A stretch of DNA of 63,223 bases, filler included, from Neoconidiobolus thromboides FSU 785 (lineage: Eukaryota > Fungi > Entomophthoromycota): the NCBI GenBank assembly GCA_025603075.1. It is 10 parts of 10 records of this genome, joined end to end, with 100 filler letters (N's around TTAATTAATTAA, not from the genome) between each part and the next. Parts side by side here need not be neighbours in the genome. Positions count along the whole stretch, not along the records: positions 46,384 to 59,173 come from MU626625.1; positions 59,274 to 61,895 come from MU626843.1; positions 61,996 to 63,223 come from MU627014.1; 7 more parts are not named here. The stretch is one strand, 5' to 3'. The notes under the pieces were generated by a model. That model did no database searches. It was not told where the DNA came from and saw nothing but the letters and a program-made list of their open reading frames with translations. Below, piece after piece: positions 50,046 to 62,272 of this stretch. Positions within the stretch are counted from its first letter, which is position 1. Every line of letters begins with the position of its first letter. A program made the position numbers and the translations under genes.

Positions 50046-50948
50046 CTACCAGCACTTCATATGCCTGTAAAAGAAAGTCACTTCTTTTCTTATACCAGTA
50101 TGTATGGTTAAAAGTAACGTTGAGTTGGTCAATATTCCAATGATAAATAAGATTTGGGCTACTTGGTTTGTAATAAGTATTGTTTGATTTATTTTACCCC
50201 ATGTATAATGGAGTGAGCTTTCTAATAAATGAAAAAAAATTGATCCAAACATACAGATAGTATATAATATTAATATAATATATATCTTAATTGAAGCCGA
50301 ATTATATTTTGGATTTACACTATCTACTCGCTTATGTCGGTTTGAAATTGCTTCGATTTCAATAAAGTTTTTCAAATTGGTTATGCTTTTGGCTAATTTA
50401 TAATAGCAAAATGATATTATTACAATTCCTAAGAAAAAGCCAAATAAAAGATAATGATAAGTAATTGAGCCAAGTATTGAAGTAGTTACAGCTAATACAC
50501 AAGTTAATTCGGAAGTAGCTGGTATCATTAAATTTTGAGATGTACAATAGGATAAAAGGAACAAGAAAACTAAGGTGTTTGAATATAATACAAAATATAC
50601 AAAACCAGGTAGTCTAACTTCAAGTACTTTGCATAATCTTTCAGCAGCTAAAAAAACATTTAATAAAATTTCAAAATAATAGATAACTGTTGTTAAAAAT
50701 CCAAGGACTTGGCATCCTAAACTTATGTGAATTAATCTTTCTCCATGGATGCAATAGTATATATAATCAATCAATACCACTATTGGTACAAAATACTCTG
50801 CTGCTGCTATAGCAATTATTAATTTTAAATCTCTGGTTAATGTCTTTATACGTAGGCAAAAATATATCAAAAATGTATTTAATAGTATAGCTGCAAAGAT
50901 TAGTCCTACAGCTGTATAATGAAATGAATTATAGGAATCAATTTCCAT
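50046..50948 (-). CDS. 7TM receptor with class A (rhodopsin-like) features
   Basis: Seven hydrophobic segments. TM1 has LLN, TM3 begins GCQVLG and ends LAAERL (DRY-like), ECL2 has TCV, and TM7 has TNSTLL. Confidence 0.7.
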   Translation of the reverse strand: MEIDSYNSFHYTAVGLIFAAILLNTFLIYFCLRIKTLTRDLKLIIAIAAAEYFVPIVVLIDYIYYCIHGERLIHISLGCQVLGFLTTVIYYFEILLNVFLAAERLCKVLEVRLPGFVYFVLYSNTLVFLFLLSYCTSQNLMIPATSELTCVLAVTTSILGSITYHYLLFGFFLGIVIISFCYYKLAKSITNLKNFIEIEAISNRHKRVDSVNPKYNSASIKIYIILILYTICMFGSIFFHLLESSLHYTWGKINQTILITNQVAQILFIIGILTNSTLLLTIHTGIRKEVTFFYRHMKCW

Positions 50949-52908
50949 TAAAATAGTTATTAATTGAGCTTGGTAGATAGTAAAGTTCTACAAATAAAAT
51001 ATAAAAAGCTATTGTTAAAAAGCTTATTTTTAAATATTAATTCAACACAAGATAAAATAAAGTTAAATAATGTTCAAAGCAGAATAATCTTATCCAATCA
51101 CTTCCAAATAAATTTTATTTTAGCGAAATATCAAGTAGGCTTGAGCTTAAACTTCTCATGATCCTTATATTTTATGTTAGATCAAGAATGTATTACTGCT
51201 AGTGAAGATATTCTACACAGAAATCTATATTAATGCCGCTTTTAAATTATAGGGTAAATATAAATGGTTATTTTGGATTAACCGAATTTCAGAAAAAATT
51301 AAATAGATCAAAACAATAGAAAAGAATAGAAAAGAATTATATGCAGATTACTAATGTATTATTATTTGTATGAATTTCCGCTAAACTTACCATGGTTTTT
51401 ATTACAAAATGGTTCTTTAGATACTGTAAATGTTAATCTATTTTGATAAAAGAGCTACACCACTAACTAGTTTATTAACAAATTGAGAATTTTGTCAAGA
51501 ATTTTTTTTGGAATAGTTTCAATCGAGCAATGACTATTCTAATCTCTAGTAGAATGAATTTTGATCATTTTAATCAAAGAGATGTCAACTACATGTCTTT
51601 CTTAAGTATAGTTTTATTAGTGATAATTAAATTTTATAGATAGCTCTATTTATGTTTAAATCAATTTATACGATCAAAGGATCGAAATGCATATTAAGTT
51701 AATATAAAACTAAATTAGTGTAGTATAAACCCAAGAGTTATGAAGGAATTATTTAAGTAATTGAAATTCAACTTATTGCATCATTGATTTTACCATGGGC
51801 ACAGAGATATAGCTTAACGGGTCATCTACCTTAAATATTATCAGTATTCTTTAAACTATATATATCAGCAGCATTGTTCATAGATTGAAAATTTTATATT
51901 TAGATGTAGCGTGTACGTTTAAATATCATACAGCTTTTACTATAAAAATGAAATTATGTGTATCAAATTAGCGATATATGAGGAATACTTGAATATTTTG
52001 AAAGGAATCAGTCAAACTTTTTTTCTAACACTTTTCTTTAAGAAAATCAGTCTATATAGAAGCAATTATTTGATAAAAGGGTATCAGATCTTATTAACAG
52101 ACATGCATGATCCGCATGAATACAACAATGGATTATCTTACTTCTTTTTCAATATAAAATTTAAGTACTAAGATTATATACGCTATTTAAGTCAAGTAAA
52201 AATATTCTATTTATTATATTCTTAATGGTTGTATAGTAACAAGCTAAGCAAGACTGAACTAGATAGCGATAAAACAGTTCAAGATATCAAAGATAATAAA
52301 CCAAAAAAGAATTTACCATTATTTTAACCCAAATAAACAATTAAAATTTATAAATTTACATACAGTTTTAAAAAAAACCGAATTCGATGCTATTTGAAGC
52401 AAGTGTGAAGACGCCATTTATTAAATGTAGCACATTTGTCTCTTTAAAGTATATTTCTTTTATATTATATGCTAACAACTAGTGATTTTATACCAAACAA
52501 TTCTATAGATTAATTTTTAAATCTAAATTCAAACTTTGATTCTAAATTAGCTCTAATTTTTCTTAAATAAAGCTTCTACTATATAGGTTTATTTTGATGT
52601 GTTATTAATTTAAAATAAGAACAGGAACATGAGCATAAATAAACTACATAAAGTTAATAAATAAGGATAAAACAAGTACTAAAACTACTATAAAATCAAA
52701 TATGAATGGATACTTTTTAAATACTTCATCAAAAATGAATAGTGCTAATGGCTTTAATTAGTATTTATTAGTTTTTTACCAATACAATTTCAATTACTTT
52801 CATCTTATTTCTTTTCACGCCATTTAGTACTATTTCACATACTAGTAAAGAAGCAAACAAATCAATTTCATATAGACTATCGTTTTGTATCTTAGTCGGC
52901 GATTTAAT

Positions 52909-53015
52909 ATATGGGAATGTATTTTTGTATTTAAGAATTTTACTAACAGTTTTTTCACTCAAATAGCGCTTAAAAGATGGAAAAAATAATGAAGCCAAAA
53001 AAAACATCCCCATAT
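52909..53015 (-). mobile_element. ATAT-flanked MITE family copy
   Basis: Near-consensus, ATAT both sides. Confidence 0.85.
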
Positions 53016-53383
53016 AATATTAGGATAACGCTACAATCTACATATGCTATAGTCGCTTCGCCACCAATATGTTATCTATTTCAAATGATTAATTTATTAT
53101 GTCAAGCTCGATATTATACTCAATCTCAATAGCAGTAGTGTATTTAATTAACCTAAAGTATAACATATATTCACAAAAACGATGAAATGCTTTGTTTTCA
53201 TAGTCCCACTTTTGATATTTTCGGGAATAAGCTTGTTGGCCATTATATTTAATAAAATTAATATTGAAAATGCTTATGAACCTACTTTAAAAAGATACGT
53301 TTTATATTGAGGGATCTTCTGCAACCATTAGTATGTACTTTTTATATAATAATGGCACTAATTATATATAATCACAATTTATT

Positions 53384-53489
53384 ATATAGGGGTGCTTTTT
53401 TACTTTCATGATTTTTTCCGTTTTTTAAGTGCAATTTGACAGGAAAAATTATTAATAAAATTATTAAACAAAGAAATGCATCTCTATAC
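53384..53489 (+). mobile_element. ATAT-flanked MITE family copy
   Basis: Diverged match. Confidence 0.7.
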
Positions 53490-54245
53490 ACTCAAGGAAA
53501 GAAGCGCTTTGAATAGAATAAATACAAACTCAAAAAACCAAAGGATTACAATTAACCGTATTACTATTTATAGGTTAATTAAATATCCATTAATCTTAGA
53601 TATGGTTTATAACTTGAATGCTTGCATAGCTATTATCACACTCTTTGACTTTACAATTAGTTCCAAAACTAGTTATATCATTATTAATATATATACTTTT
53701 TACTGATATACAAAGGTTTATAAACTCCCATTTATGTTTTACTAACACTATTTTACAAAAAGAGCTAAATGGCCTTTTTGATAGAATACTACATTAAATT
53801 AATTGCTAATTCTACTAATAAGCAATTTTTTGAAAATTTTAAAGGAGTCAGAGACTTGGAAGTGTTTTATTGTTAGGTAAAAACTAAAAACTGATTAAGT
53901 GATTGACTAATGGGCATAGACAAAGACTTCCTCATATAAAGTATTTTTATAATGTAGATTCTATTACCGGATGTAAATATTCAACCTTGAAATATCATAT
54001 ATTTGCTTCTAAGTTAAATTCATTAAAACCTCTACATTGGGATAATCCACTAACTAAATAAAGAAACCTCTATATTTTATTAATTCTAATCCCTATTCTG
54101 TTTGATAATAGGAAAAGTCCTTTTTTAAAACAGCCTCTTATTGTCATTTAGTATTTATCTCTTAAATATTTTTTTTGCCTTAGCTATAAATTTGTATTAT
54201 TTAAATTAATAAATATTATTAATTTGGTTTAAATAAAAGGTTAAT

Positions 54246-54352
54246 ATATAGGGATGTTTTTTTTGGCTTCATCACTTTTTTTATCTTTCAAGCACTATTT
54301 GAGTAGAAAAATTGTTAGTAAAATTCTTAAATACAAAAATACATCCCCATAT
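54246..54352 (+). mobile_element. ATAT-flanked MITE family copy
   Basis: Near-consensus, ATAT both sides. Confidence 0.85.
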
Positions 54353-54942
54353 CCTTTTTAAAAGCTGAGAGGGAGATATTAAGGCTTATACTTCGGATAT
54401 AACTTAATATGGGCCTTTCTCCTATTTTGGTATTTTGTTTGACCCTCTTAGCTTAAACGTCTTTCAGAAATAAACAATGGTATGTTTTACATCTTCGAGA
54501 TCCATAAAAAAATAAGAGAGCCAGAAAGTTTCCAATTGCCTGTTATGAACTAAATAAAACTAAAGTTCAAAACAGTAAAAAGTAACGATACAGATAAGAG
54601 GGCGATAGGAAGACGATAAAAGATAGATTAGATGGAATAGAGCTAACCTGCAAACGATTTGTAATGTTTTTCTCTATTATTTTTGTATGAGAACATTATT
54701 TGATATTAAAAAATTGCCCAAATGTTACTTCAATTGTTGATAATCGTCCAATCAATAGGGAGCTATCATTGTCTTTTATAGATACTTACGCCTAAAAGAG
54801 CAGTAGTTTTTTTTAACATATATGGTATAAAAACTAAAAAGTGAGATAAATAATTATACACTGTCTCTAAAAATTGTCCCAAAAACTGAAGCACTCAATT
54901 TTGGATGATCATTTATTAATAACTGGTAATTGAAAATAGAGC

Positions 54943-55049
54943 ATATGGGAGTGTTTTTTTAGTTTCATTACTTCTCTCTATTTTTTAAGCACTATTTGAG
55001 TAGAAAAGCTATTAGTAAAATTCTTGAACAAAAAAATACATCCCTATAT
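54943..55049 (+). mobile_element. ATAT-flanked MITE family copy
   Basis: ATAT both sides. Confidence 0.8.
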
Positions 55050-55328
55050 TTTCAAATTAAATAAGGGTTATAAACTTAAATGCCCTAACCTCAGAATTAA
55101 ATCCAAAGCTTCTAAAGAACACGAGTTATGGCAAAAGAGTTTTATTATAAAATGTGATTGTCCAATTCCAAAAAGTTGTCATCACAATTAAAAAACTTTT
55201 TAATCGTAGATATAATTTTTTCAATTGATCTAAAACTTCCTAATAGAAGTAATATTTTTAACATGAAAAAATTATTCTAAAGTTATACACATCATATTAA
55301 AAATCATGTTGGTTTTAACAGCCAATCT

Positions 55329-56183
55329 TTATTTCCAGCTACCTAAAAATTTATGTATAACATACGAATATTTATGTTTAGGACCTTTGGGCCTCATATC
55401 AGTATATGGATTGAAAGAAAAAGGAGGCAATATCAAAACATCATCAATAAGTACAGGCTCTTCTAAGTTTCTTAAACTCCTCCAATTGCAAAACTTGAGT
55501 TTGCATAAGTAGTCTAAAACAAGCTTAGTCCAAATCGATGGCCCGGTTGTATCATGAACTGATATCTTTTCCAACTCCTCGACTGGTGTAGAAGAATAAC
55601 TGAATGCAATGCCGTTAATCACATGCTGTATAATAGGATGATGTGGAGAAGCAGCAAATGTCCATTGCATCAACTGTAATTGAACTGGACTAAACCAAGG
55701 TACAATATGGTCTGAGGCATCTAGCTCAATTCCGATAATTGCTCCAACATTTTCATAATTTTTAGTCCATTCATCGATAGGTTTAATACATTCGGTGTCT
55801 ATATCTGAATATATGCCTCCTTCATCATAAATCAAAAGGTACCTGGATAAATCAAATCTCATTATATCTTTTGGAAGTTTCATATATAACGGGTAAATAT
55901 CCGGAAATCTTTCTTTTACATACTCATCATATTCCTTATTTATATGAAGCTTATATTCATATTCTGGATTCATTTTTTCCCATGATTCTTTGGCTACTAC
56001 ATCTTGTATATTTTTATCTTTCCATGTTTGATGGATTATTTTTGGTATTTTTCCATTATTATATTTAAACCCAGATTTATATACTCCAATAAAAGGTTTG
56101 TCTAGGTTTGCATATAATAAACTTGCAGTAATTAAAACAACTAAAATTAAAAAAACAATTTTTTTATAAACAAGCCTAATCAT
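55329..56183 (-). CDS. GT32 glycosyltransferase (Och1-like mannosyltransferase)
   Basis: Type II anchor, IPKIIHQTWK, RFDLSRYLLIYDEGGIYSDIDT (DxD), QWTFAASPHHP, TTGPSIWT, and terminal HKFLGSWK. Confidence 0.9.
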   Translation of the reverse strand: MIRLVYKKIVFLILVVLITASLLYANLDKPFIGVYKSGFKYNNGKIPKIIHQTWKDKNIQDVVAKESWEKMNPEYEYKLHINKEYDEYVKERFPDIYPLYMKLPKDIMRFDLSRYLLIYDEGGIYSDIDTECIKPIDEWTKNYENVGAIIGIELDASDHIVPWFSPVQLQLMQWTFAASPHHPIIQHVINGIAFSYSSTPVEELEKISVHDTTGPSIWTKLVLDYLCKLKFCNWRSLRNLEEPVLIDDVLILPPFSFNPYTDMRPKGPKHKYSYVIHKFLGSWK

Positions 56184-56836
56184 TTAAAAAAAGAAATATA
56201 ATCAATATTAAAAGGTTACTATACTTTTTATAGTTTAATTGTGCTAATAATATAAAATTGTATATTGATTTGCTTAAATGAGTTCTTGTTTGGTAAATTG
56301 AGAATTATATTAATTTTAATTTAATAACTATTGCAATAGGTTTTGATGTAGTGATTAAGAAAATCTAACACTATCAAGATATTACATTAAAAATTTTATA
56401 TACTACTAACTTGGTAGTAGAAAGTAAAAATCAGTTTTTATGTCTAAGAGTATTATAAACAGTATCTTTTTTATAAAAAGATTTAGCACAATATAAACTT
56501 AAAATTTAACTTCTATTTTCAATTTTAATTCCTATTGAAGATTTTTTACTTATGATTAGTGTTTAGTTTGTAACATTTATTGCCCCTTCGAACACAAAAA
56601 TTCTTTAATTACATAATAAATATACCAATTCTATATGTACCATTGCATTTGCCTAATTTTATACTTAAACTGAGAGATCTTATAAAGAATAGAATTAAAT
56701 CCTACTTTCTTGGCACTTTATTCAAAAGAGCAGGCAGATCTGGTTAATGCATTTCTTTTTAAAATTAATTCCTTTTGCTATCGTACCACCCTAACAAACA
56801 TTAACTCTTAATTATTCTTTTGTTTTGGAAAACAAA

Positions 56837-56942
56837 ATATGGAGATGTTTTTTTAGCTTCATTACTTTTTCCATCTTTTAAGCACTATTTGAGTAGAAAA
56901 ATTGTTAGTAAAACTCTTAAATATAAAAATACATCCACACAT
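56837..56942 (+). mobile_element. ATAT-flanked MITE family copy
   Basis: Near-consensus. Confidence 0.8.
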
Positions 56943-57149
56943 TTAAATCATTTGACCTTTCTATATCGAAACTATTTGTGAACAAAATGGATTTATTTTT
57001 AAATCATAAAAATAGAGAGTAATTTAAAATAATAAAAGAGTGATAAATGGAAGACTCGGACATAACCTTATGTTCATTTAATTTGGGTTGATGATGAAAT
57101 CATTAAATTATATTAAATATTTTATTCCTTTTGTTTAGTATTTTTCAAG

Positions 57150-58130
57150 TGTGCTACCCAATTTTTTTTAAATTCAAGAAAAGAGTCTTGTGTCTTTGTT
57201 AGTGTAAAAAAAGAAATCGAAGAATCAATTAGGGAACATTGAAGTAGAGGGAAAAGGCAGCCTTTAAAGTGTAAAAGTCTTGTTGTGAAAATGGGACAGG
57301 GGCTTTGCAAAATCTGGGCCAGGAGATTTCGATCCGGAAGATTTGCAATGAGTGATGAAAGAGAGTTCTTTAAAGATCAAGTTCTTGCATACTGAAAAAA
57401 CCGTCAAAGGGATGAAGGAGAAAGAGCGAAAACTTGGTTTTATATTTGCAGCTTCAACAGTGGAGAAAGTGGATCCGACTAATGTAAATATCATATCAGG
57501 ATTATGTAACAATAATAAGGGTAAGAAATTTTCAAGAGGATTGATCTTTTCTGTAGTAGAGGCAGACATAGAGGGGGGAAAGGGTCGAAATTTCATGTTA
57601 GAGTTCTGATGAAAAACATTGGGTAATACAACTGTGTAGGAAAGCTTCATTATCTATATTATAGATTAAACAAGATGAGGTGGGGGGATTTATTTTCCTG
57701 AATTGTTTTATTTGTTTGCTTAAAACTACTATTCTAGAGCAAACTGCTTAGATAGCGGATTTGATTTTAGAAGGCAGAAGTGAAAATTTGGTAAGTAATT
57801 TCAAAAAGTCAGAGATAGATGGGTTAGAAGAGATGATATAGCAACATAAAGTAGGATTAAGGATAAGTGAGAATTTAGTTGGTTCAAAAAAACTTTGCTA
57901 TTAACTTGTTTATAAAACGAGTGGTAAAAACCTTTATAAGCAAAAAGGATTAGATTGTTTGGAAGATTTTCGAGGATGTTGAAAGACCTGGGAACCAATA
58001 AAAGGCTATTGGCAGGACGAAAAAAGCTGTAATTGAGTAACATGGCTTTGTGGTGATGTTGTTATATATTAAGGGATAAGTTACCTTGGAAAAAAAATGG
58101 CTAGTTAATTTAAAGTCAATTAACCCTATG
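57150..58130 (-). mobile_element. Degraded non-LTR retrotransposon (LINE ORF2) fragment
   Basis: Locally higher GC. The minus strand has APE-tail-like LIDFKLTS and HHKAMLL (cf. SDH), then ELSFITHCKSSGSKSPGPD (cf. the KSPGPDG motif preceding LINE RT), with stops and frameshifts. Confidence 0.5.
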
Positions 58131-58410
58131 CTTCCTGATTTTTTTGTAAATTAAACCTAGGTTTTTTAGTTTTATACCTGCTGCTATATTATAACCAGAA
58201 GTTTAAAGCAATACTGATTTTTTATATAGAGTTATATAAGACTAAATTAATATAATAAATGAATTTTAAAAAAAGCTGAAATATTAACTAATAAAGCTTT
58301 TCTATATAGTAATATACTGGAAGGAAACTAAAAAACTAAGCATGTTTCAACTTTACTAATAATTTATAATAGTTACAAAATAACTTCAAAACTTAATTAT
58401 TAAAATATTT

Positions 58411-58517
58411 AAATGAGCATGTATTTTTGTGTTCAAGAATTTTATTAATAATTTTTCTACTCAGATAGTGCTTAAAAGATGGAAAAAATGATGAAACCAA
58501 AAAAAACATCCCTATAT
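58411..58517 (-). mobile_element. ATAT-flanked MITE family copy
   Basis: Reverse match. Confidence 0.8.
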
Positions 58518-59311
58518 ACTAAACCTTCTTAAAGTATAGAGTTGGAGAGTATTGGTTACCTTTTGTGTTTTTAATTCTTAAATACAGTGGGTCTACATAT
58601 AGTCTAAGTAATTAAGCCCATTAATTTCTAATTTCAAGTAATTTGATTTTTATAATAATTTCAAACAAATTGGTAGTAAACAATCAAAAATAACCTGGTT
58701 GTATGTACAAAAGGGTTATATATTATAAAGCGAATATTCTTTATTTAAAAATGATGTATAAAGTATATTTTAGTAGATGGTTACATAAAATTTACATTGT
58801 GATTTTATTATAAATCATGTGTTTGATTACATTTAATAATAATAATAACAATAAAATATTTGATAATAATAATGGGGCTTTAGTTTAATTTTAATGCCAT
58901 TTAATTCATAATTTTATTAATTTTATAAAACCTTAAATTGTCTATAAAAAGCAAATTTCGCATAAGAATATTGTTTTTGATTTGTGTTTGTCCATCTTTT
59001 ACGCAATATAAACTTGTAAAATTATTAAATACTGAACCAAAGTATACACTACAAATTATCTACCTATCTGTTTCAAATAAATAATAGAAATCAAGGGTCA
59101 ATGAAATGGAATTAAATCCAGCTTTTAAAATAGTAGTGTTTTGTGTAGCTCTTTTAGCATTTACTTTAAACAGNNNNNNNNNNNNNNNNNNNNNNNNNNN
59201 NNNNNNNNNNNNNNNNNTTAATTAATTAANNNNNNNNNNNNNNNNNNNNNNNNNNNNNNNNNNNNNNNNNNNNTTAGGAAAATTAGCTATTTAAGAAAAG
59301 GAAACAATTAA

Positions 59312-59428
59312 AATAAGTTTTAAATAGAGACATTTAATTATAGGCTTTTTAGATTTAACCATCATATTAGACACAAATTTGAAAATTTAAAATTTGGATT
59401 AATTTCTAAATAAATTCTGAAACCAATT
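59312..59428 (+). repeat. Left copy of ~117-bp inverted repeat
   Basis: The core 59341-59428 has one mismatch to the reverse complement of 61683-61770. A weaker match extends out to 59312/61799. Confidence 0.85.
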
Positions 59429-59643
59429 AGGACAACCCCATATGTTGAGGCAGGCTTTAGAAATTTAAAAACTCAAAACTTGGATTAATTTTTAACATCA
59501 CAATAAATAAAATTTAAAGTTACTTTTAAATTACTTATTTTAACTTTTTAGCATTATAAAACAAAAGATTTATTAAAAATCATTTAATTATAAGTGAAAT
59601 AAATAGCCAAAAGTTTAATAAAAAAGTAATTTTTGTTTATCTT

Positions 59644-59750
59644 ATATGTGAATGTTTTTTTAGCCTCAACGTTTTTTCCATCTTTTAAGTGCTATTTTGG
59701 GTGGAAAAATTATTAGTAAAATTTTTGAAAACAAAAATACATCCCTATAT
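59644..59750 (+). mobile_element. ATAT-flanked MITE family copy
   Basis: ATAT both sides. Confidence 0.8.
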
Positions 59751-59811
59751 ATTCTTTAATATCAAACAATTGTATTGCACATACATCTTTTATTTGGACT
59801 CTATAAACTAT

Positions 59812-59916
59812 ATATGGGGTGTCTTTTTTGGTTTCATTACTTTCTCTATTTTTTGAGCGCTATTTGAGTAGAAGATTGTTGGCAAAATTCTTAAACAAAA
59901 AAATACATCCCCATAC
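59812..59916 (+). mobile_element. ATAT-flanked MITE family copy
   Basis: Match to consensus. Confidence 0.8.
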
Positions 59917-60385
59917 TGTACTGTGTAATTTTGATTTTTAGATAAAAAGCTAGAAAAAATTTCTTTTAATCCTTATTATTTATTATTACTTTAAAATCAA
60001 ATAGACATTTAAGCTAGAGTAAAATATGATTTATGTAAAAAAAGCTTTACTAATACAAAACAAAATTAGAAAGTAATACTACCTAATGTATGTGAAAGCT
60101 TATTATTAAGGAGCTTTCGAAATTATAAATTGTTTTCAAAATGGTACGATGCATTGAATTCTAACTAATTGTTGTTTAGATGTAATTGTAGTTTAAACTA
60201 TTCCATTTGTTTCAAAATACAGTTAAATTTTAAAATTGAGCTTAAATTTAAGTAATTGCTAATTAAAAAATTTATTTTATTAAACTTTGATTAAATATTG
60301 ACAAAATAAAGAAAGGAGTAAAACCCCTTAGGTTTACTTTTGAAAGCAATAAGGGGGTTTATTTACTAACTAGTTTTATAAAACT

Positions 60386-60491
60386 ATATGGTAATGTTTT
60401 TTTTGACTTCACTATTTTTTCCATTTTTTAAGCGCTATTTGAACGGAAAATTTGTTAGTAAAATCCTTAACACAAAAATACATCCCCGTAT
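60386..60491 (+). mobile_element. ATAT-flanked MITE family copy (GGTAATG variant)
   Basis: Match to consensus. Confidence 0.8.
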
Positions 60492-60956
60492 TTAATTACT
60501 TTTTTCATTTAGTTGCCACAGGGCAGGGTATTACAAAATGGAATCAACTAAAAAACAAAGGAGCTTAGTAATAGAATAAAAGTAAAAGATATACGGTTTT
60601 TTGTATTATCTTCAAAGGGCATAGAAACCTGTGAAAAGTTACTATTTATATTCAAAGTATGGGGTAGCTTTAAACTATAAAAAAATGACTAGATAATATG
60701 GCTGAGTATGGTTGCGTTGCTCTCAAAAGTTTATTTAAAAAGGTTTAAAAAAAGCCATAGCTTGGGATAAAAGGTAAAGCTTAATAATAATAACCTTCCC
60801 CTGAAGCTGCTTCTATTGAGTTTGAATGTTCTGTATAACACGGGGGTACCAGAGACTACTTATACTTAAAGTACCCCAAGTTATTTTTAAAGAGAAAACA
60901 TAGGATGTACTGTATAAGTGTGAGTATTTGCTGTTTTTTTGATAGGAGAGGAGAGT

Positions 60957-61063
60957 ATATGGTAATGTTTTTTTTGACTTCATTATTTTTTCCATTTTTT
61001 AAGCGCTATTTGAGTGGCAAAATTATTAGTAAAATTCTTAAATACAAAAATAGATCCCCATAT
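60957..61063 (+). mobile_element. ATAT-flanked MITE family copy (GGTAATG variant)
   Basis: ATAT both sides. Confidence 0.8.
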
Positions 61064-61682
61064 TGTATAAGTTTTTACATGTATATAAGAAAAGGGAGAA
61101 AGCATAATTTTCATTTTTTTTCAAAATAAACTTAATATCGTGTGTACACGAAGTTTAAAAATTGATAAAGGATGTGTGGTGTGGACTGGACTGGACTGTT
61201 TTTGCAAACAAAGTGGAAATGGGGACAATAGTATAGTCTTAATGATTATGCCCAAAAAGTCAAATTTAGATCATCCGGAAGGAAAAAAGTAAGGAAAAAA
61301 GTAGCTAAGTAGTAATAGAACAAACTTATGAAAATGGGTTATATTTAGAATAAAAAACTTATGGGGAGGACAACTAAATTAAAAAATAAGACACGTTACA
61401 CGTTGGGTTTAGGGTTAGGGCCATTGTAATGAGTTAAATAATATTTTTATAATATTAAACTAGCTTTTATATGGAAGTGCCTCTGCTGAAAGCTATAGAT
61501 CGGAAGTTTAACAGAGGTTTGGTATTCAGTATTAAAAAAGGATGGTAAAACAATTCATATGTTAACAATAATAATAACAACTCTTTAAAAAAACAGTTTT
61601 TACTTTTATCTATCTTGCCAGATTCTAGTTTTCATCTTAAAACAAACAGTGCTTAAAAACTTTAGTGTGTGAGGGTTATACG

Positions 61683-61799
61683 AATTGGTTTCAGAATTTA
61701 TTTAGAAATTAATCCAAATTTTAAATTTTCAAATTTGTGTCTGATATGATGGTTAAATCTAAAAAGCCTAAAGTTAAATCTCTCTATTCAAAACTTATT
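61683..61799 (-). repeat. Right copy of ~117-bp inverted repeat
   Basis: Reverse complement of 59312-59428. Confidence 0.85.
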
Positions 61800-61995
61800 C
61801 TTTGTTGAAATAAAAATAAAATGCAGACTTTCATAACTAAACTTTCGAAATGGAATTTTTCAAAATTTCAATACAATATCAATATAGGGGAGTAGNNNNN
61901 NNNNNNNNNNNNNNNNNNNNNNNNNNNNNNNNNNNNNNNTTAATTAATTAANNNNNNNNNNNNNNNNNNNNNNNNNNNNNNNNNNNNNNNNNNNN

Positions 61996-62090
61996 TTTTT
62001 TTAGTTTCATTACTTTTCTCTATTTTTAAGCGCTATTTGAGTAGAAAAGCTATTAGTAAAATTCTTAAACAAAAAAATACATCCCCATAT
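61996..62090 (+). mobile_element. ATAT-flanked MITE family copy, 5' end cut by gap
   Basis: Match to consensus, ends CCCC|ATAT. Confidence 0.8.
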
Positions 62091-62272
62091 GCTTTTATTG
62101 TAAGTAATGAAAATCTAGTGATTTGATCTTATATCCTTAAAGAAGAATAATAGTAATCATATTAAGCTGAGCCTAAATGTGCAGTAGAACTCTGGATATA
62201 ATCCGATTGGAAATATTATCTCACCTTGATATTTTTATGCTCAATGGGGAGTATAGATAACAATTTTTTAAC

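Noticed and set aside
50046-50948. Fungal type II opsin
   Set aside because: No lysine in TM7 for a retinal Schiff base.
2164-61129. Short ORFs with recurring FFPxFKRYLSGK text (2164, 23798, 35911, 44996, 52768, 60905)
   Set aside because: These are translations of MITE copies.
61409-61420. TTAGGG x2 as telomere or interstitial telomeric repeat (also cctaac-like bits near 24260)
   Set aside because: Only two units, internal to the contig; expected by chance.
61882-62090. A single MITE spanning the last linker, implying true contig adjacency
   Set aside because: The ATATAGGGGAGTAG end before the gap is only a 14-nt partial match, and with so many copies any two ends could appear to fit.
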